A DNA stretch of 63,840 bases, the filler included, from Pirum gemmata (lineage: Eukaryota): the NCBI GenBank assembly GCA_002812295.1. It is 23 parts of 23 records of this genome, joined end to end, with 100 filler letters (N's around TTAATTAATTAA, not from the genome) between each part and the next. Parts side by side here need not be neighbours in the genome. Positions count along the whole stretch, not along the records: positions 11,483 to 13,944 come from PDIN01006138.1; positions 14,045 to 16,504 come from PDIN01006139.1; positions 16,605 to 18,906 come from PDIN01006140.1; positions 19,007 to 21,462 come from PDIN01006141.1; positions 21,563 to 24,001 come from PDIN01006142.1; positions 24,102 to 26,304 come from PDIN01006143.1; 17 more parts are not named here. One strand, given 5' to 3'. Within the stretch, counting starts at the first letter, position 1. Every line of letters starts with the position of its first letter. The notes beneath the pieces were generated by a model. The model saw only the letters and a program-made list of their open reading frames with translations. It had not been told where the DNA came from and ran no database searches. The position numbers were made by a program, and so were the translations under genes. Of the stretch, positions 11,567 to 25,278 are shown in pieces.

Positions 11567-11799
11567 ATTTGTTATTGTTATTGTTATTGTTATACATTAA
11601 TAGTAATAGCAGCAATAATACTAATACTAATACTAATACTAATTAATACTAATCTAATACTAAACCCTGCTAATTCCAATAACAATAACAATAACAATAA
11701 CAATAACAATAACAATAACAATAACAATAACAATAACAATAACAATAACAATAACAATAACAATAATAAAACTTGTAAGGGATATGGGGGAGTTAGGTT

Positions 11800-12120
11800 T
11801 GTTTAAAAAAACGAGTTTTCGAGCCTATGCATTAATTAAATAAGTTCGAAAATTTTAAGCTAACAGTTAAGTATTCAAGGAAAGAAAAAAATTTCGAGTA
11901 GGGCTGAATTTCGGCTTTTTTTTTCACAGCAGAAATTCGAGTTTTCGGTTAGGTTAGGGTTAGGGTGGTGTTAGGGTTAGGGTTAGGGTTAGAAAAATTT
12001 TAAGTTAAAAGTATTCAAGGAAAGAAAAAAATTTCGAGTAGGGCTGAATTTCGGCACTATTTCGGCTTTTTTTTTTCACAGCAGAAATTCGAGTTTTCGG
12101 GCTCGAGCAGAATTGGGAGA
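11800..12120. mobile_element. MITE-like family F (TIR CTCCCAATTCTGCTC...GAGCAGAATTGGGAG), with an internal TTAGGG block and partial duplication
   Basis: Core also at 53982-54183 and, reversed, at 35014-35143, ~17565-17672 and ~17925-18030. The left end of the 53982 copy and the right end of this copy are reverse complements. Confidence 0.7.
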
Positions 12121-12487
12121 GCCCTACCTAACCCTAACCCTAAGGTCCCTAACCCCTTGACCCTAACCTAGCTAGTGACCCTAACCTAGAGCTAGCTACT
12201 AGAGCTAGCTAGAGTAGTGACCCTAACCCTAACCCTGAGTGGGCCTGAACCCTAAAACCCTAGCCCTAAAACCCTAGCAGCTAGCTAGTTTTATAAATCA
12301 TAATTATAAATCCTTGGTCTAAAGTTTACCAATCAATTTACTTTAAAATCGGTAACAAAAAAAACGAGAGTCGATTTCCACGATTGGTCTTATTTGACAA
12401 TACAAATTTTTTTGTTCAAAAATAGTATATATAATACTAAATATGGATATGTCAGCATTATTTGACATTATTTGCTGGTTTAAAATT

Positions 12488-12792
12488 TTTATTTTCTACT
12501 GTTAAATTACAAATTAGTACTTTTTTTTAAAACTATTTAATTAATAAAAAAGGTCAAATTATTTGAAAATAATCTTTATAAATACTATTTGCTACATTTT
12601 AAAATAGTATTTTAATTCCTGGAAATCAGGACTGGAAATCTAGCTAGGTTTGGAAATGGAATTTTTAATAAAAAATATTAAAATGTAGCAAATAGTATTT
12701 ATATAGATTATTTTCAAATAATTTGATCTTTTTAATTAAAATTAAATAGTTAAAAAACAGTACCAATTTTTAATTTAATAGTAGCAAATAAA
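12488..12792. repeat. Fold-back element with ~125-bp imperfect inverted arms
   Basis: TCAAATTATTTGAAAATAATCT.TATAAATACTATTTGCTACATTTTAA is mirrored by TTAAAATGTAGCAAATAGTATTTATA.AGATTATTTTCAAATAATTTGA. Confidence 0.8.
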
Positions 12793-13861
12793 GGTAGTGA
12801 TATGATGAGGATGAGGGCTAGGATGAGGGGAGTATGAGGGGTCTACAAACTGACCAATGATTTTTTTTCCTCAGTGATTTTTCCATGTTCACAAAAAACT
12901 ACATAGTCTACATAGTCTAGTGTCTACATCTAGCTACATAATAATATTATGATTATTAGAGAAAGAAAATTACTAGAAATTATTGCTATCATAGATATAG
13001 ATCTAGTCTAAGTTCTAAGTTGGTTTACAAACTTGCCAGTGGCCAATGATTTTTTTTCCTCAGTATTTTTCCTATCATGGACTAGTGATTTTAGGTGATT
13101 TTATACTGAATATGGCCCTATTTAATATATATAATATCATAACATATTTAAAAAAATATATATACATTACACCACCCACACACACACACACACACACGCA
13201 CACACACCACACACCACGCACCACGCGCACACACACCAGCTGACACACACACACGCCACTCTCACACACACAGTGTCACACACACACAGTATATTAAAAA
13301 ATACTGGTAGGTAATTGAGATAGCTATTGAGAAGACCCGGTTACTCGTAGGTTGTAACAGAGTAACTTGCTTTTTCTCTATGTAAAAATACTAAATTGCT
13401 CTAGCTAAATTGCTATACCGGTAGACACTAGACAGCCGGTAGATAGGTTAGGGGTTTAGACTTTAGAGTCTAGCTAGACTAGCTAGCTAGCTACTAGACC
13501 CCGGTCTATCGGAGCTAGCTCAAGGTACGTCTAGCTAGACCACTACCAGTAGACCTATCATACCAGTAACTAGACCGGGTCTAGCCAGCTAGAGCTACTA
13601 TGATAGCTAGTAGGGTCTAGCCAGCTAGTAGCTAGCTAGGAGCTACTATTCATATCATCTGACTATGATAGCCAGTAACTAGACCGGTTCTAGTAGGAGA
13701 ATTGTTTATATATATATCACTGATATCATCTGACTATGATAGCTAGCTAGCTCGTCTATTCGTCAGAGTGCTATGTCATCAACTGATGACGTTTTACTGT
13801 TTTACTTTGACAAACTTTTCGGGAAATGAGAATGAATGACACGATACTTTCACCACTTAAT

Positions 13862-13944
13862 ATTGACATAATTTCCTTTCATTTGATATACTTTTCGTCT
13901 CATTGACGTAATTTCCTTTCATTTGATATACTTTTCGTCTCAAT
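13862..13944. repeat. 40-bp tandem repeat (at least 2 copies) running into the contig end
   Basis: ATTGAC(A/G)TAATTTCCTTTCATTTGATATACTTTTCGTCTC occurs twice. Confidence 0.85.
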
Positions 13945-14228
13945 NNNNNNNNNNNNNNNNNNNNNNNNNNNNNNNNNNNNNNNNNNNNTTAATTAATTAA
14001 NNNNNNNNNNNNNNNNNNNNNNNNNNNNNNNNNNNNNNNNNNNNTAATAATTAATAATAATAATAATAATAATTCACATAAATTCTAAATAATTCTTGAA
14101 AAAGTACAATGTAATATACCATACCATCAAAATCATCTTTGTATCAAATCCTTAACTACCATAATAACAAAATAAAAAATACAATTTTTTAATTTTTTAA
14201 TTTATTTAAAAAAATAAACGGAACATAC

Positions 14229-15455
14229 CAAAAAGGGCTTGGGGTTATCAATTCCTTTTTGATCAATTCATAAATACTCTCTAGCCCCATTTCTAATAAG
14301 GATACCTCATCTTTTGCCAAGTATCCCGATGCATTAGGGCTAATAACATTGCTTTTTCGTTTGGGTTTTCGCTTCTCTATATTTAAAATTCAAAAAATAA
14401 ATAAGAACAACAATGTATTAAAAAAAAAAGATTACTGATTATAATACAATATGAATATAAATAATCAAAACAAAATCACGCAATTTAATCAATGAAATAA
14501 ATGGAAAAACAATAAGCAAAAAGAAAAAAAGAAAAGAGAAATATCATGAACAAAAAAAAAAAGAAAAAAAACTATATAAAATTAAAAGCAAGACAAAAAA
14601 CCTTCTGGGACACTATAAACTTTTGGAACTTCAAATTGTTTCTGAGACGGTGCACCGTTACTTGAAGAAGAGACACTTCTTGGTGCCACTGTATGTTTAA
14701 AAGTTTGCATAGGACTAGCTGTATATAATATGCATGTATTTATATAAAAAAAAAATTAAAAAACACGCCTGCCTGGGTCAACATTACAACTCGGGCCAAT
14801 ACTAATAATACTAAAATATAATTGAAATACAAAGAAATAAAATGAACAAAAATGGATTGACGAAAACTTAAAATAACCATAGAAAATTCAGAGACGAATA
14901 AAAAGTGTAACAACAAAGGTACATACCGGATGCAATTGGTCTAGCCGTGTCTGGTACCGGCGGGTTGGTTCGGGCATTAGGTTTTGGGGTAACTTGAACC
15001 ATTGCGGTAGTCCGGGCTACATACAGTGAAATATCGGATAATTCGAAATTAAATAAATATGAAATAGTAAAGAAGAATTCGTATTTTGGATACTTAATTC
15101 AACAACAATTAGTACTATTATATTTTGTCGTTTATATATACTAATCATAAGTTACTTCACTAAAGATTTCTTAGTGTGTGATAGAATTAATGAGAGAACG
15201 TACTGTATTAATTATTTTAGATATACATAGGTAATACGTAATGTTATTTTAAAGAAGAGTACAGGTAAACTAACCAAATGATTTATGAACAGGATCAGTA
15301 ATCGGTGTTGAAGCCCCGGGTGTTGTTTGCGCGCCTTTTGTCGGTGTTGAGTAAGCAGGTGCACTTTGTGCACGATTCGGTATTGGGGCAGGACCAAGTG
15401 CCGTTTGTGTACTAGTTGGCACTTGACTGTTTGTGGTTTTTTTTTGTTCTGAAGT

Positions 15456-15490
<35 letters not shown>

Positions 15491-16504
15491 AAACAAACAA
15501 TAGAAAATGTTAAATCAAATTTAAATGTTGGTGTTAAATATTAGATTTATAAATGGAGCCTTTTTAAACATTTTTGAAGCTAACGTATATATAGTAAAAC
15601 CATGAAGTTGATGAAATGGCAGATGATAAATTAAAACAAGAGAAGAACAAGATAATCACACAAGTCTAAAAGTGGCCCGGACGTGAAAAAGATTTCATAA
15701 TAGAAAAAATTAATCTAAAAGAAAATAACGGAATTGTCATTATTAACCTGATGCAAGACCAAAAATTGAACTGTTACCTGAAGTATTCGCACCTGTGACA
15801 CCATCACCGCCATTAGCTGTATTTCCTCCCTTCCCAGCATTAGAACCAAATGAGCCCCCACCACCAACATTACCACCAAACAATCCTTTTCCCTGTGCAC
15901 CACCAACACTTGCCGACATATTTCCCGCCGCATTTATACTACTACCACCACCAAACATCCCACCACCACTACATGTTGATGGATTTCCTCCCAAACTAAT
16001 ACTACCACCACCACTACTTGTTGATGAATTTCCTCCCAAACTAATACTACCACCACCACCAGAAAATCCTTTTCCTTCTGTATTACTACCACCACCACCA
16101 CTTGTCGACAAATTTCCTCCTGCGCTTGCATTACCACTACCGCCGAAAAATCCTTTTCCTTCTGCCTTATTACCACCACCACCACCACTTGCTGGTGAAT
16201 TTCCTCCCAAACTAATACTACCGCCACCACCAAAAAGTCCTTTTCCTTCTGCATTACCACCACCACCACTTGTCAACAAACTTCCTCCTGTACTAATATT
16301 ACCACCACCACCAAAAAGTCCTTTTCCTTCTGCCTTATTGCCACCACCACCATCACCACTTGTTGCCGATTTTCCTCCTAAACTAATACTACCTCCTCCA
16401 CCAAACAATCCTTTTCCACCACCACTTGTCGACAAATTTCCTTCCGCCTTATTACTACTACCACTACCAAACAACCCACCACCACCACCACCACCACCAC
16501 CACC
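14229..16504 (-). CDS. Internal exons of an unknown protein: Gly-rich GLFG-containing repeats followed by a Pro/Thr-rich region
   Basis: Exons at ~16504-15748, ~15449-15275, ~15016-14927, ~14718-14602 and ~14377-14229 join through phase-1 GT-AG introns (..LAS|EQKKTTNSQVP..KSF|ARTTAMVQ..; ..VPE|EKRKPKRK..). The 3' continuation is unresolved. Confidence 0.6.
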
Positions 16505-17379
16505 NNNNNNNNNNNNNNNNNNNNNNNNNNNNNNNNNNNNNNNNNNNNTTAATTAATTAANNNNNNNNNNNNNNNNNNNNNNNNNNNNNNNNNNNNNNNN
16601 NNNNTTCTTTTACGAATCTTGTTTTTTTATCAAAAGGATTATTTCCACCAAGTTTCATCATCATACGAGGTGTTGGCCCGATACTTGTCTAATTAATTTT
16701 GTGAAAAAAATGGTAAATTTTTGTAGGTTCGTTGTACACATTTTTTTTTTCTGCTTGTTCGATTTTTCGATAGGTATACTGGGGGCCGAGATATGCCCCA
16801 ACAAAGAAGGGGGCAGATACTGTTATGTATAAGTTGCGTCCACCAATAATAAAAATAAACAAATGAAAAAAAAAATAGTAAAAAAATACAATATATATAG
16901 ATATTACTGGATAATAAATTAATAATATTTTTTTTTTTAAAAAAATATTTTATTTTATAATATAACTAACTAGTCTATAATTATATAAATTAAATATACT
17001 ACTAGCTACTACTAGCTACTCTACTAGAGATTCAAGTAGTAGAAAATAAATACAAATAGTAATAATAATAATAATGTAGATAATAACCAATGGAAAGCTG
17101 AGCTATTCGAACTTTCAACGCAGACCACAAGAAGCCAATACATAGTCATTAGTAGTATATATAGCCAATAGAATCTTAATACTTCTACACAACCCTGTCT
17201 CATTAGCTAAAACAAAGGTAATAAAGCAAACAAAAATTATATTAGCAAATCAAAAACAACAATAAGTTTTTTAAAAAAACAGACTAACAACTAGCTAACA
17301 AATATGATATAGTCCAAAAGTTGTTCTATATATCAACTCTAGCAATCAACTCACACTAACTACAACCTGTTACAAGTCT

Positions 17380-17466
17380 GGGTTAGGGTTAGGGTTAGGG
17401 TTAGGGTTAGGGTTAGGGTTAGGGTTAGGATTAGGGTTAGGGTTAGGGTTAGGGTTAGGGTTAGGG
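17380..17466 (+). repeat. Interstitial (TTAGGG)n array
   Basis: About 14 near-perfect hexamers inside a contig. Confidence 0.95.
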
Positions 17467-17562
17467 TATTAACTACATCTTAACTTTCATACTACAAGAC
17501 AAGTCTACTATCGTCTATTTCCTTACTTGACAAAATAAATAGTTGTTTTTGTTTTGCATTGG

Positions 17563-18283
17563 TTTTGCGGGGTTTGACTTGAATACTTAATTGTTAGGTT
17601 AAAATGTTCGAACTTATTTAATTAATAGGCTCGAAAACTTGATTTTTTAACAAAGTCGAATTGGGAGAAGTTGGTGGGGGTTCCCACAAGTTCCCACTGG
17701 TGGGTTCCCGAATTCTGGTTCAAACAAAAAAAAAAGTGTTTTGCTATCGATCTGTAATGATCGAATCAAGCCAATGTGACGTCAGTATACCTTTTTCTCT
17801 ATTTAGTTACTAAATTTAGTTACTAAATTGCCAATGGAGAAGGTCAGTTAGATTTGGTTTATATTTCGAGTTTAAATATTTTTTCGAACCTGAGTTTTTG
17901 AGAATTTTGGGTTCATTTGATTTTTTGCGGGGTTTGACTTGAATACTTAATTGTTAGCTTAAAATGTTCGAACTTATTTAATTAATAGGCTCGAAAACTT
18001 GATTTTTAACAAAGCCGAATTGGGAGAAGTTGGTGGGGGTTCCCACAAGTTCCCACTGAGTGGTGGGTTCCCGAATTCTGGTTCAAACCAAAAAAAAGTG
18101 TTTTGCTATCGATCTGTAATGATCGAATCAAGCCAATGTGACGTCAGTATACCTTTTTCTCTATTTAGTTACTAACTTTTAGTTAATAAATTGCCAATGG
18201 AGAAGGTCAGTTAGATTTGGTTTATATTTCGAGTTTAAATATTTTTTCGAGCCTGAGTTTTTGAGAATTTTGGGTTCATTTTG
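17563..18283. repeat. Tandem duplication of a ~360-bp composite unit
   Basis: 17563-17920 and 17923-18283 are nearly identical. Each contains a family F end, GTGGG/TTCCCAC short inverted motifs and TGACGTCA. Confidence 0.9.
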
Positions 18284-20163
18284 ATTAGTTTATGCATAGA
18301 AAAAAAAAATGCAAAACTTTATTCAAGCAAGTGTTTTTATTAGTTAGTGATTTTCATTTATTTTTTCGTTCTGAATATTTATTTGGAGGGTTATAAGGAA
18401 AATTGAGATGGCAAAACATTATTACTTAAAATAGATATTTATGACCTTAAAATAGTAGTTTACTATATTTAGTATTACTATTAATAGTTATAAGTTAACT
18501 TTTTATAGTAATTTAAGTCAAATTTTCAATTTTTGCCGTACCCTAGGTTGGTATTAGTATTATGACGTCATGTCATCCCTCCTGTTACTACCGTGCGGGT
18601 TAGGTTAGAGGGTTAGGGCTAGGGTTAGGGTTAGGTTAGAGGGCTAGGGTTAGGGTTATAATTAAGGTAAGGGTTAGGGTTAGGGTTATTATTATTGTCT
18701 ATTATTATGTAAATATATATTATCACACCGTTACTAGGACACTGTTGTTTTATTATGGTTGTTGTTTTGTAATTACTGTTGTTGTTGTTGTTGTTACTAT
18801 GCGTATATTGTTGTTGTTATTGTTGTTGTTGTTGTTATTGTTGTTGTTATTGTTGTTAACGTTATTATTATTATTATTAATATTATTATTATTATTGTTG
18901 TTGTTGNNNNNNNNNNNNNNNNNNNNNNNNNNNNNNNNNNNNNNNNNNNNTTAATTAATTAANNNNNNNNNNNNNNNNNNNNNNNNNNNNNNNNNNNNNN
19001 NNNNNNAATAATAATAATAATAATAATAGTAATAATAATTTCTAAAGTAGCTTTTCGTAAATCGGTAGTGATGGCCAGTAAATTAGTAGAAAATATATTT
19101 GATAACTCCGGCTCAACGAGACGAATTAATGTGTACTCACATGATATACTGGTACATGTACTCATATATGATTGTAGCCGATTATTATATATTTTTTCTT
19201 ATTTGATTACCTACATAAACAAATAAACTATCAGATATTAATATTACTACCAATCTAATTTTGTGTACAATTAGTATGGGTTCAAAATTAGTGCGGGTGG
19301 CTAATACTACTAATACTTATATTCGTACTAGTATCTATAGTGTATGGCTAGTACGTATACTTATTAGTGTATATGGCTAATTAGTGTGGGTGGATAATTA
19401 ACGTGTAGGACATTGTATATGACTGGGTTAGGATCAAGGTTAGGGTATTGGCCATATATGGGTATGTGTAATTCAGTTTAATTAAAATGTACATGTTTTT
19501 ATTTGTAATTTTAACAGTAATAAATTTTAAAGGTATACATAATATATAATCATAACCGTTATATATACAAATTACTTGACCTGGTTTTACCGTAACCGTA
19601 AATACAAGCTAGTCCAACAACCGACAACCAACAACCAACAACCAACAACCAACAACCAACAACCAACAACCAACAACCAACAATCAATAACCAACAACCA
19701 ACAATCAACAATCACCAACACAGCCTAAATAAATAACCAACAACCAACAACAGACAGACAGTAAGCATAATATAATATTTTACAATCAAAAAGCATTTAT
19801 AATTGTTTATTGTATAAATTATTCCTATACTATAATTGTATTAAACGCCTTTGTTCATTTGTTTACTAAATCATAACCATAATCATTATCATAGTCAAAA
19901 CCATAATCATCATAATACTCATTATACTCAGTCATAATAATAATCATAATAATAATCATAACCATAACCATAACCATAACCATAACCATAACCATAACCA
20001 TAACCATAATAATAACCATAACCAGATTATATAACAAACTACAAAAGAGTATAATAGTTCGCAAAGTGGTAATAATTAAATAATTTAAGACTCAAATCCC
20101 CCCAGCCCCATCGTTGGAAGTTTTGTGTCCATTATTATTATTACTATTTTATTATGTACAAAA

Positions 20164-20420
20164 TTAACACTTTTCTAATACGATAGCAATACCTTGTCCA
20201 CCACCAATACAAGCACTACCTACCGCATATTTTTTATTTGTAGTATGTAAATAATGTGATAGATGGGTTAAAATACGGGAGCCAGATGCCCCTAGTGGAT
20301 GACCAACAGCAATTGCACCACCACAAGTATTAGCTTTGTCCATATCTAAGCCTAATTCTTTGGCAACAGCTAACCACTGTTTTCCAATAAATAAATAAAT
20401 AAATAAATAATAATAATGAC

Positions 20421-20464
<44 letters not shown>

Positions 20465-21439
20465 TAATAATAATAATAATAATAATTCTATATACCAACA
20501 CCATATACCATATGCCATATACCATATACCACCAATACCAATACGAAAAACAACAACAACAACAACAACAGCAACAGCAACAACAACAACACTCATTATA
20601 TTCTTAACCACAAAAAATAATACTAATAACAATAAGTAGATTCTACAATACCTGAGGAGCAAAAGCTTCGTTAACATCAATATAATCCATATCGTTCAAA
20701 GTCAACCCTGCCTTACGTAAAGCACCTTGGATGGCTGGAACCGGACCTATACCCATTATAGTTGGGTCTACCCCAGAAACATGCCAACTTACAATACGAG
20801 CCAAAGGTTTATGTTTATTAGCAGCTTCTTCATTGCCAATAATAACAGTTCCAGCACCATCACATATACCTAAAAAAATAATCATGTTACCAAGAATTTA
20901 ACACCAAACATCAAACATAAAACATAAAATCACAAAAACACTAAACACACCCTCAAACACCAAAACACCAAATACTAAACACCAAACACCAAACACCAAA
21001 CACCAAACACCAAAACACCAAAACACCAAAACACCAAAACACCAAAACACCAAAACACCAAAACACCAAAACACCACACCAAAACGCCAAAACACCAAAT
21101 ACCAAACACCAAATACTAAACATCATCAAAAATAAAAAAATATTATACCTGAAGCATGTGCAGCTGTAACTACACCGTCAGGTTTAAACACTGGTTTCAA
21201 TTTCACTATTTTTTCCAATGAAGTAACCTTTGGATGTTCATCAACTTCAAAAGAAGTTAGTCCTTTGCGTGTTTTTATAGGAACCGCAGTAATTTCTTTA
21301 GCTATTATTCCCGCATCCACAGCTTTTTGAAATAGAGTTTGAGAACGAACAGCGTACTTATCACAGTCTTCCCTAGAGATATCATATTTTGTAGCAAGGT
21401 TTTCTGCAGTAATACCCATTGGAGATCCTGTATGAGAAT
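20164..21439 (-). CDS. ACAA2: 3-ketoacyl-CoA thiolase, ACAA2-like (last three exons)
   Basis: Exons 21439-21149, 20869-20652 and 20376-20164. Motifs MGITAENLA, ASGICDGA, MGIGPVPAI, NEAFAPQ, GHPLGASG and SACIGGGQGIA. Confidence 0.9.
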
Positions 21440-21785
21440 CTGATGCAAACACACACACACACNNNNNNNNNNNNNNNNNNNNNNNNNNNNNNNNNNNNNN
21501 NNNNNNTTAATTAATTAANNNNNNNNNNNNNNNNNNNNNNNNNNNNNNNNNNNNNNNNNNNNTTTAATTTGGTATATTTTATTATCTATATATTAATTTA
21601 AAAGTGTCAATTTAAATATTATAACTCTCCAAATAAATATTTAGAGTGACAAAATAAATGAAAACCACGATACCATAGTATATTATAAATAAAATAATTT
21701 AATTTTTTATTCGTCTCTATGAATACAGTTAAAATTTTTTATATTTTTAAAATATCATTTATAAACTATTTATAATTTTTTTTTT

Positions 21786-22027
21786 TACCAGCCAAGCTGG
21801 ATGAACACCCAGTATGCATATATGAGCTCAAAATTCCAAAAAATCTCAAAATGCTCCAATTTTAATTAAAGTACTACCAAAAAATGAGGAATCTTATAAC
21901 TAAAAAAACTCTATTATGAACCAATGGACAGTTTTTAAAAATAATTTGGCTAGTTAGCACTAAAGTTTTTAGAAAAAGAAGTCAAAAAAAAAATGATTTC
22001 TACAGTTTTATCCGGTTTGGCTGTTAA
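21786..22027. mobile_element. ~245-bp MITE-like family G (imperfect TIR CAGCCAAGCTGGAT...ATCCGGTTTGGCTG)
   Basis: Inverted ends; diverged second copy at ~42845-43066 (GAGCTCAAAAT...AAAGTACTACCAAA...AAAAAGAAGTC...TTTATCCAGTTTGGCT). Confidence 0.65.
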
Positions 22028-22692
22028 AAAAAAAAAAAATTTTTTTTTTAATATGATATCATATTAATATATAAAATATTAAACTTTTATTTATAAAATA
22101 TAATTGGATGGATTCGTAGGGTTCTTGTACTAATCCCATTGGTGCGTCAATGCAGGAGGGGTGAGAAGTGAGAACTCTTACAGCGAACTTTTTTGACCGA
22201 GGCACTGTTCCGACTTACCATATTTAGTATTTGTAATTATTTATTTAGTAGCTACCTATTTAAGTAGTTACTTTAAAAAGAGTTTATTATACTATTTATA
22301 GTAACTTTAGGCAAATTTCTGGAAGTTCACAGGTCCGAGCGTCCAATTGGTAAGATGACGTCATCTCATCCCTCGACTTGTATCCCTTTCTAATTATAAA
22401 GAAAACAAAAACCAAAGACTAAATGATCACTAAATTAGAAATAAAGTTCAAAGCAAAAACTCCCTCTCTCAAAACTGTGATCAAAATAATAATAAAAAAG
22501 GAGAGTGAACTAACAACTAAATCAAGAAATAACTATAATACAGACAACATCAACTTTTAAAAAAAAGATTCAGTATTTTTATAGAGTATTTAAACTTTCG
22601 TATTTCCTTTGTTTCGTATTTCAAAACAAACAAAACAAAACACTAACTACAAACTTAGTAGTTTTCTAATAGTGTGGTATAAATGTAATAAA

Positions 22693-23768
22693 ATGGACAA
22701 GATAGATATTGAGAAAAGTTCTGCTGATGCCAATGCAGGTAAAAACTTAACTTCTATTTTTTTTTTTACCAAAACCCAAACGCTACCTTAGCCCGCCCCA
22801 CTCCTAACGCAACTTGAATCCGTCCTCCAATACCAATCTTAACCCGAAACACAACGCTAATCTTGTTAATCCAAACCCTATCACCAACCTTAATCTTACC
22901 CTAACCCTCGAACCTCAACTCTTACCTCTATTTCTAACTCTAGATCTAAGCCTAAACCTAAGCCTGGACCCAAGTTTAAGTTGTAGCATTAAGCTAACTT
23001 TAACCTAAGCTAACTCTAACCCTAACCCTAACCCTGAGCCAAGTTAAGTTATAGCCCTAGCCTAACCCTAACCTAACCCTAACCTAATCCTAATCTAACC
23101 CTAACCTAATCCATATCTAACCCAACCCAACCCTAACCCAACCCTAATCTAGTCCTAACCCAACCCAATCCAACCCTAGCCCTAACCCAACCCCAACCCA
23201 ACCCTAACCTAACCGTAAAGCAACCGTAACGCAACCCTAGCCCAACCTAACCCAACCCAGGCCTAACCCTACGCTAACCGATCCAACTCTAACCTAAACC
23301 TACCCTACCCTACCTGAACCCTAACCCTAACCTAAATGAGAAAAACAACATTAGATATAATAAAGATTTCATAGAAAGTGACAACTACCAATTACGTTAA
23401 TTTAACAAAGTGAAGAGGGTAAAACTTTGACTTTACACGTATTACTTTTTTGTCACTAACTTTTTAACACTAACACTAACGCCAACGCTAACCAACCCTA
23501 ACTCTAACCCTAATTCTAACGTTTATCCTAACCCTAACCCTAATCCTAATCCTAACCCTAACCCTAATCCTAATCCTAACCCTAAACTTAACCCTAACCC
23601 TAATGCTAACGCCAAGCAAACGCTAATGTTGGCCCTAACCCTAACCCTAACCCCAAACCTAACCCCCAAAACACCAACATTCTTTTTGTGTCAGTAAAAC
23701 TTGAATCTTGCGTTGATGAATCACTAACTGACTTCAATATAATGAAACCCTCAGATTCAGTAGCAAGG
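22693..23768 (+). CDS. Possible first two exons of an unknown gene, separated by a CCCTAA-rich intron
   Basis: ATG exon 22693-22738 (MDKIDIEKSSADANA) with a GTAAAA donor; CAG acceptor at 23694 continues in frame (VKLESCVDESLTDF...). No domain recognised. Confidence 0.35.
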
Positions 23769-25141
23769 GTAAGCTCTTCGCAGATTTCGGCCAATAATAA
23801 AATCCTAAGTGTTGAAAAGAAAATAATGAGAGCTGTTAACCAAAGCTCTTCCCTGTCTGTTGGTAGTTGCCCTCCAGCTTTATTAAATAATACTGTTTTT
23901 ATTATATATTTTTTCATTTTTTTATTTTTTTTATTTTTTTATTTTGTTATTTTGTTATTTTATATATTTTTTATTTTAAGATTATTATTATTATTATTAT
24001 TNNNNNNNNNNNNNNNNNNNNNNNNNNNNNNNNNNNNNNNNNNNNTTAATTAATTAANNNNNNNNNNNNNNNNNNNNNNNNNNNNNNNNNNNNNNNNNNN
24101 NGAGTGATAAAATAAATGAAAAGCACAATAGACTACTACTAGCTAGTATGATTATTATGATAGTCTAGAGTAGTATGATAGTATCATAGTAGGTACCGGT
24201 AGTTCAACAACTATTTTCACCAAAATCCGGGCATTTTTGCAACTTTTCAAAACTATAGACTAGTAAAACTATTCTGATACTAGAAAGAAGACTCCAGCTA
24301 GCCAATCTAGATTCAATGAAACCAATCCCCATCTCCAACTCCTTGAGTTTTTATGATAAATAAATAAAGGATACTGTATTATCTGTATACATTTAAAAAA
24401 CAACTATAGCATAAAATGCTGCATAATTATTATATTATTCTTCTATATATATTACCGGTATTATTTTTTTTTTTAAAAAAAAAAAAAAATTTATTACCAT
24501 TTTTTTTTTTTTTTTTTTTTATATGATATTTTATTAATGAGCCATCCAAGGCTACAATTGGTTGAACTTTTAGTATTTTTACTGAGCTGATTCTGCCTGG
24601 ATAGGCAGGATAGCTGCCTGGATTCTTGAATTTCTGCAGCCGGAGAGTAGCCGGAGTCCGAGTCCGAAGTCGGAAGTTCCAAACAACAAGTTCAACAACC
24701 TAGATCTGTGCCGAATCTCCCTCGCGGAGGCTCAAATTTCAAAATGCTCTAATTTTCCCTATTAAAAAAAGCTAATTTTCCAAACAGTGGCTCCTACACC
24801 TACAGTGGCTCACTGGTCTTTTTTAACAAAAACCATCCAATACTACTAGCTAGCTAGCTAGCTAGAGAGTATAATACTAAGCTATAGTCTACTAGCTAGT
24901 AGAGTCTCAGATATATCATTTTCTGATATACAATATCGTATACAATATTATAATATACTTATAATATAATAATATATTGTGCTTTCATTTATTTAGTCAC
25001 TCTGAACATTTATTTGGTTGATTATAATATTTAAATTGATGTTTTTTTAAATTAATAATTAGAATATAAAATATACCAAATTAAATAAAATGGATTTATA
25101 TATTATTAATTTGGTACTCTTTATTGTATATTTATGATGAC

Positions 25142-25278
25142 TTAACCCTAACCCTAACCCCTAGACTACCCTAACCCTAACCCTAACCCTAACCCTAACC
25201 CTAACCCTAACCCTAACCCTAACCCTAACCCTAACCCTAACCCTAACCCTAACCCTAACCCTAACTAACCCTAACCCT
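25142..25278 (-). repeat. Interstitial (TTAGGG)n array (CCCTAA on +), fused to a truncated family A MITE
   Basis: The array begins where the MITE copy at 24975-25141 stops. Confidence 0.9.

Noticed and set aside
15795..16556. Pro-rich + strand ORF (extensin/formin-like)
   Set aside because: Antisense of the Gly-rich exon; the splice signals support the minus strand.
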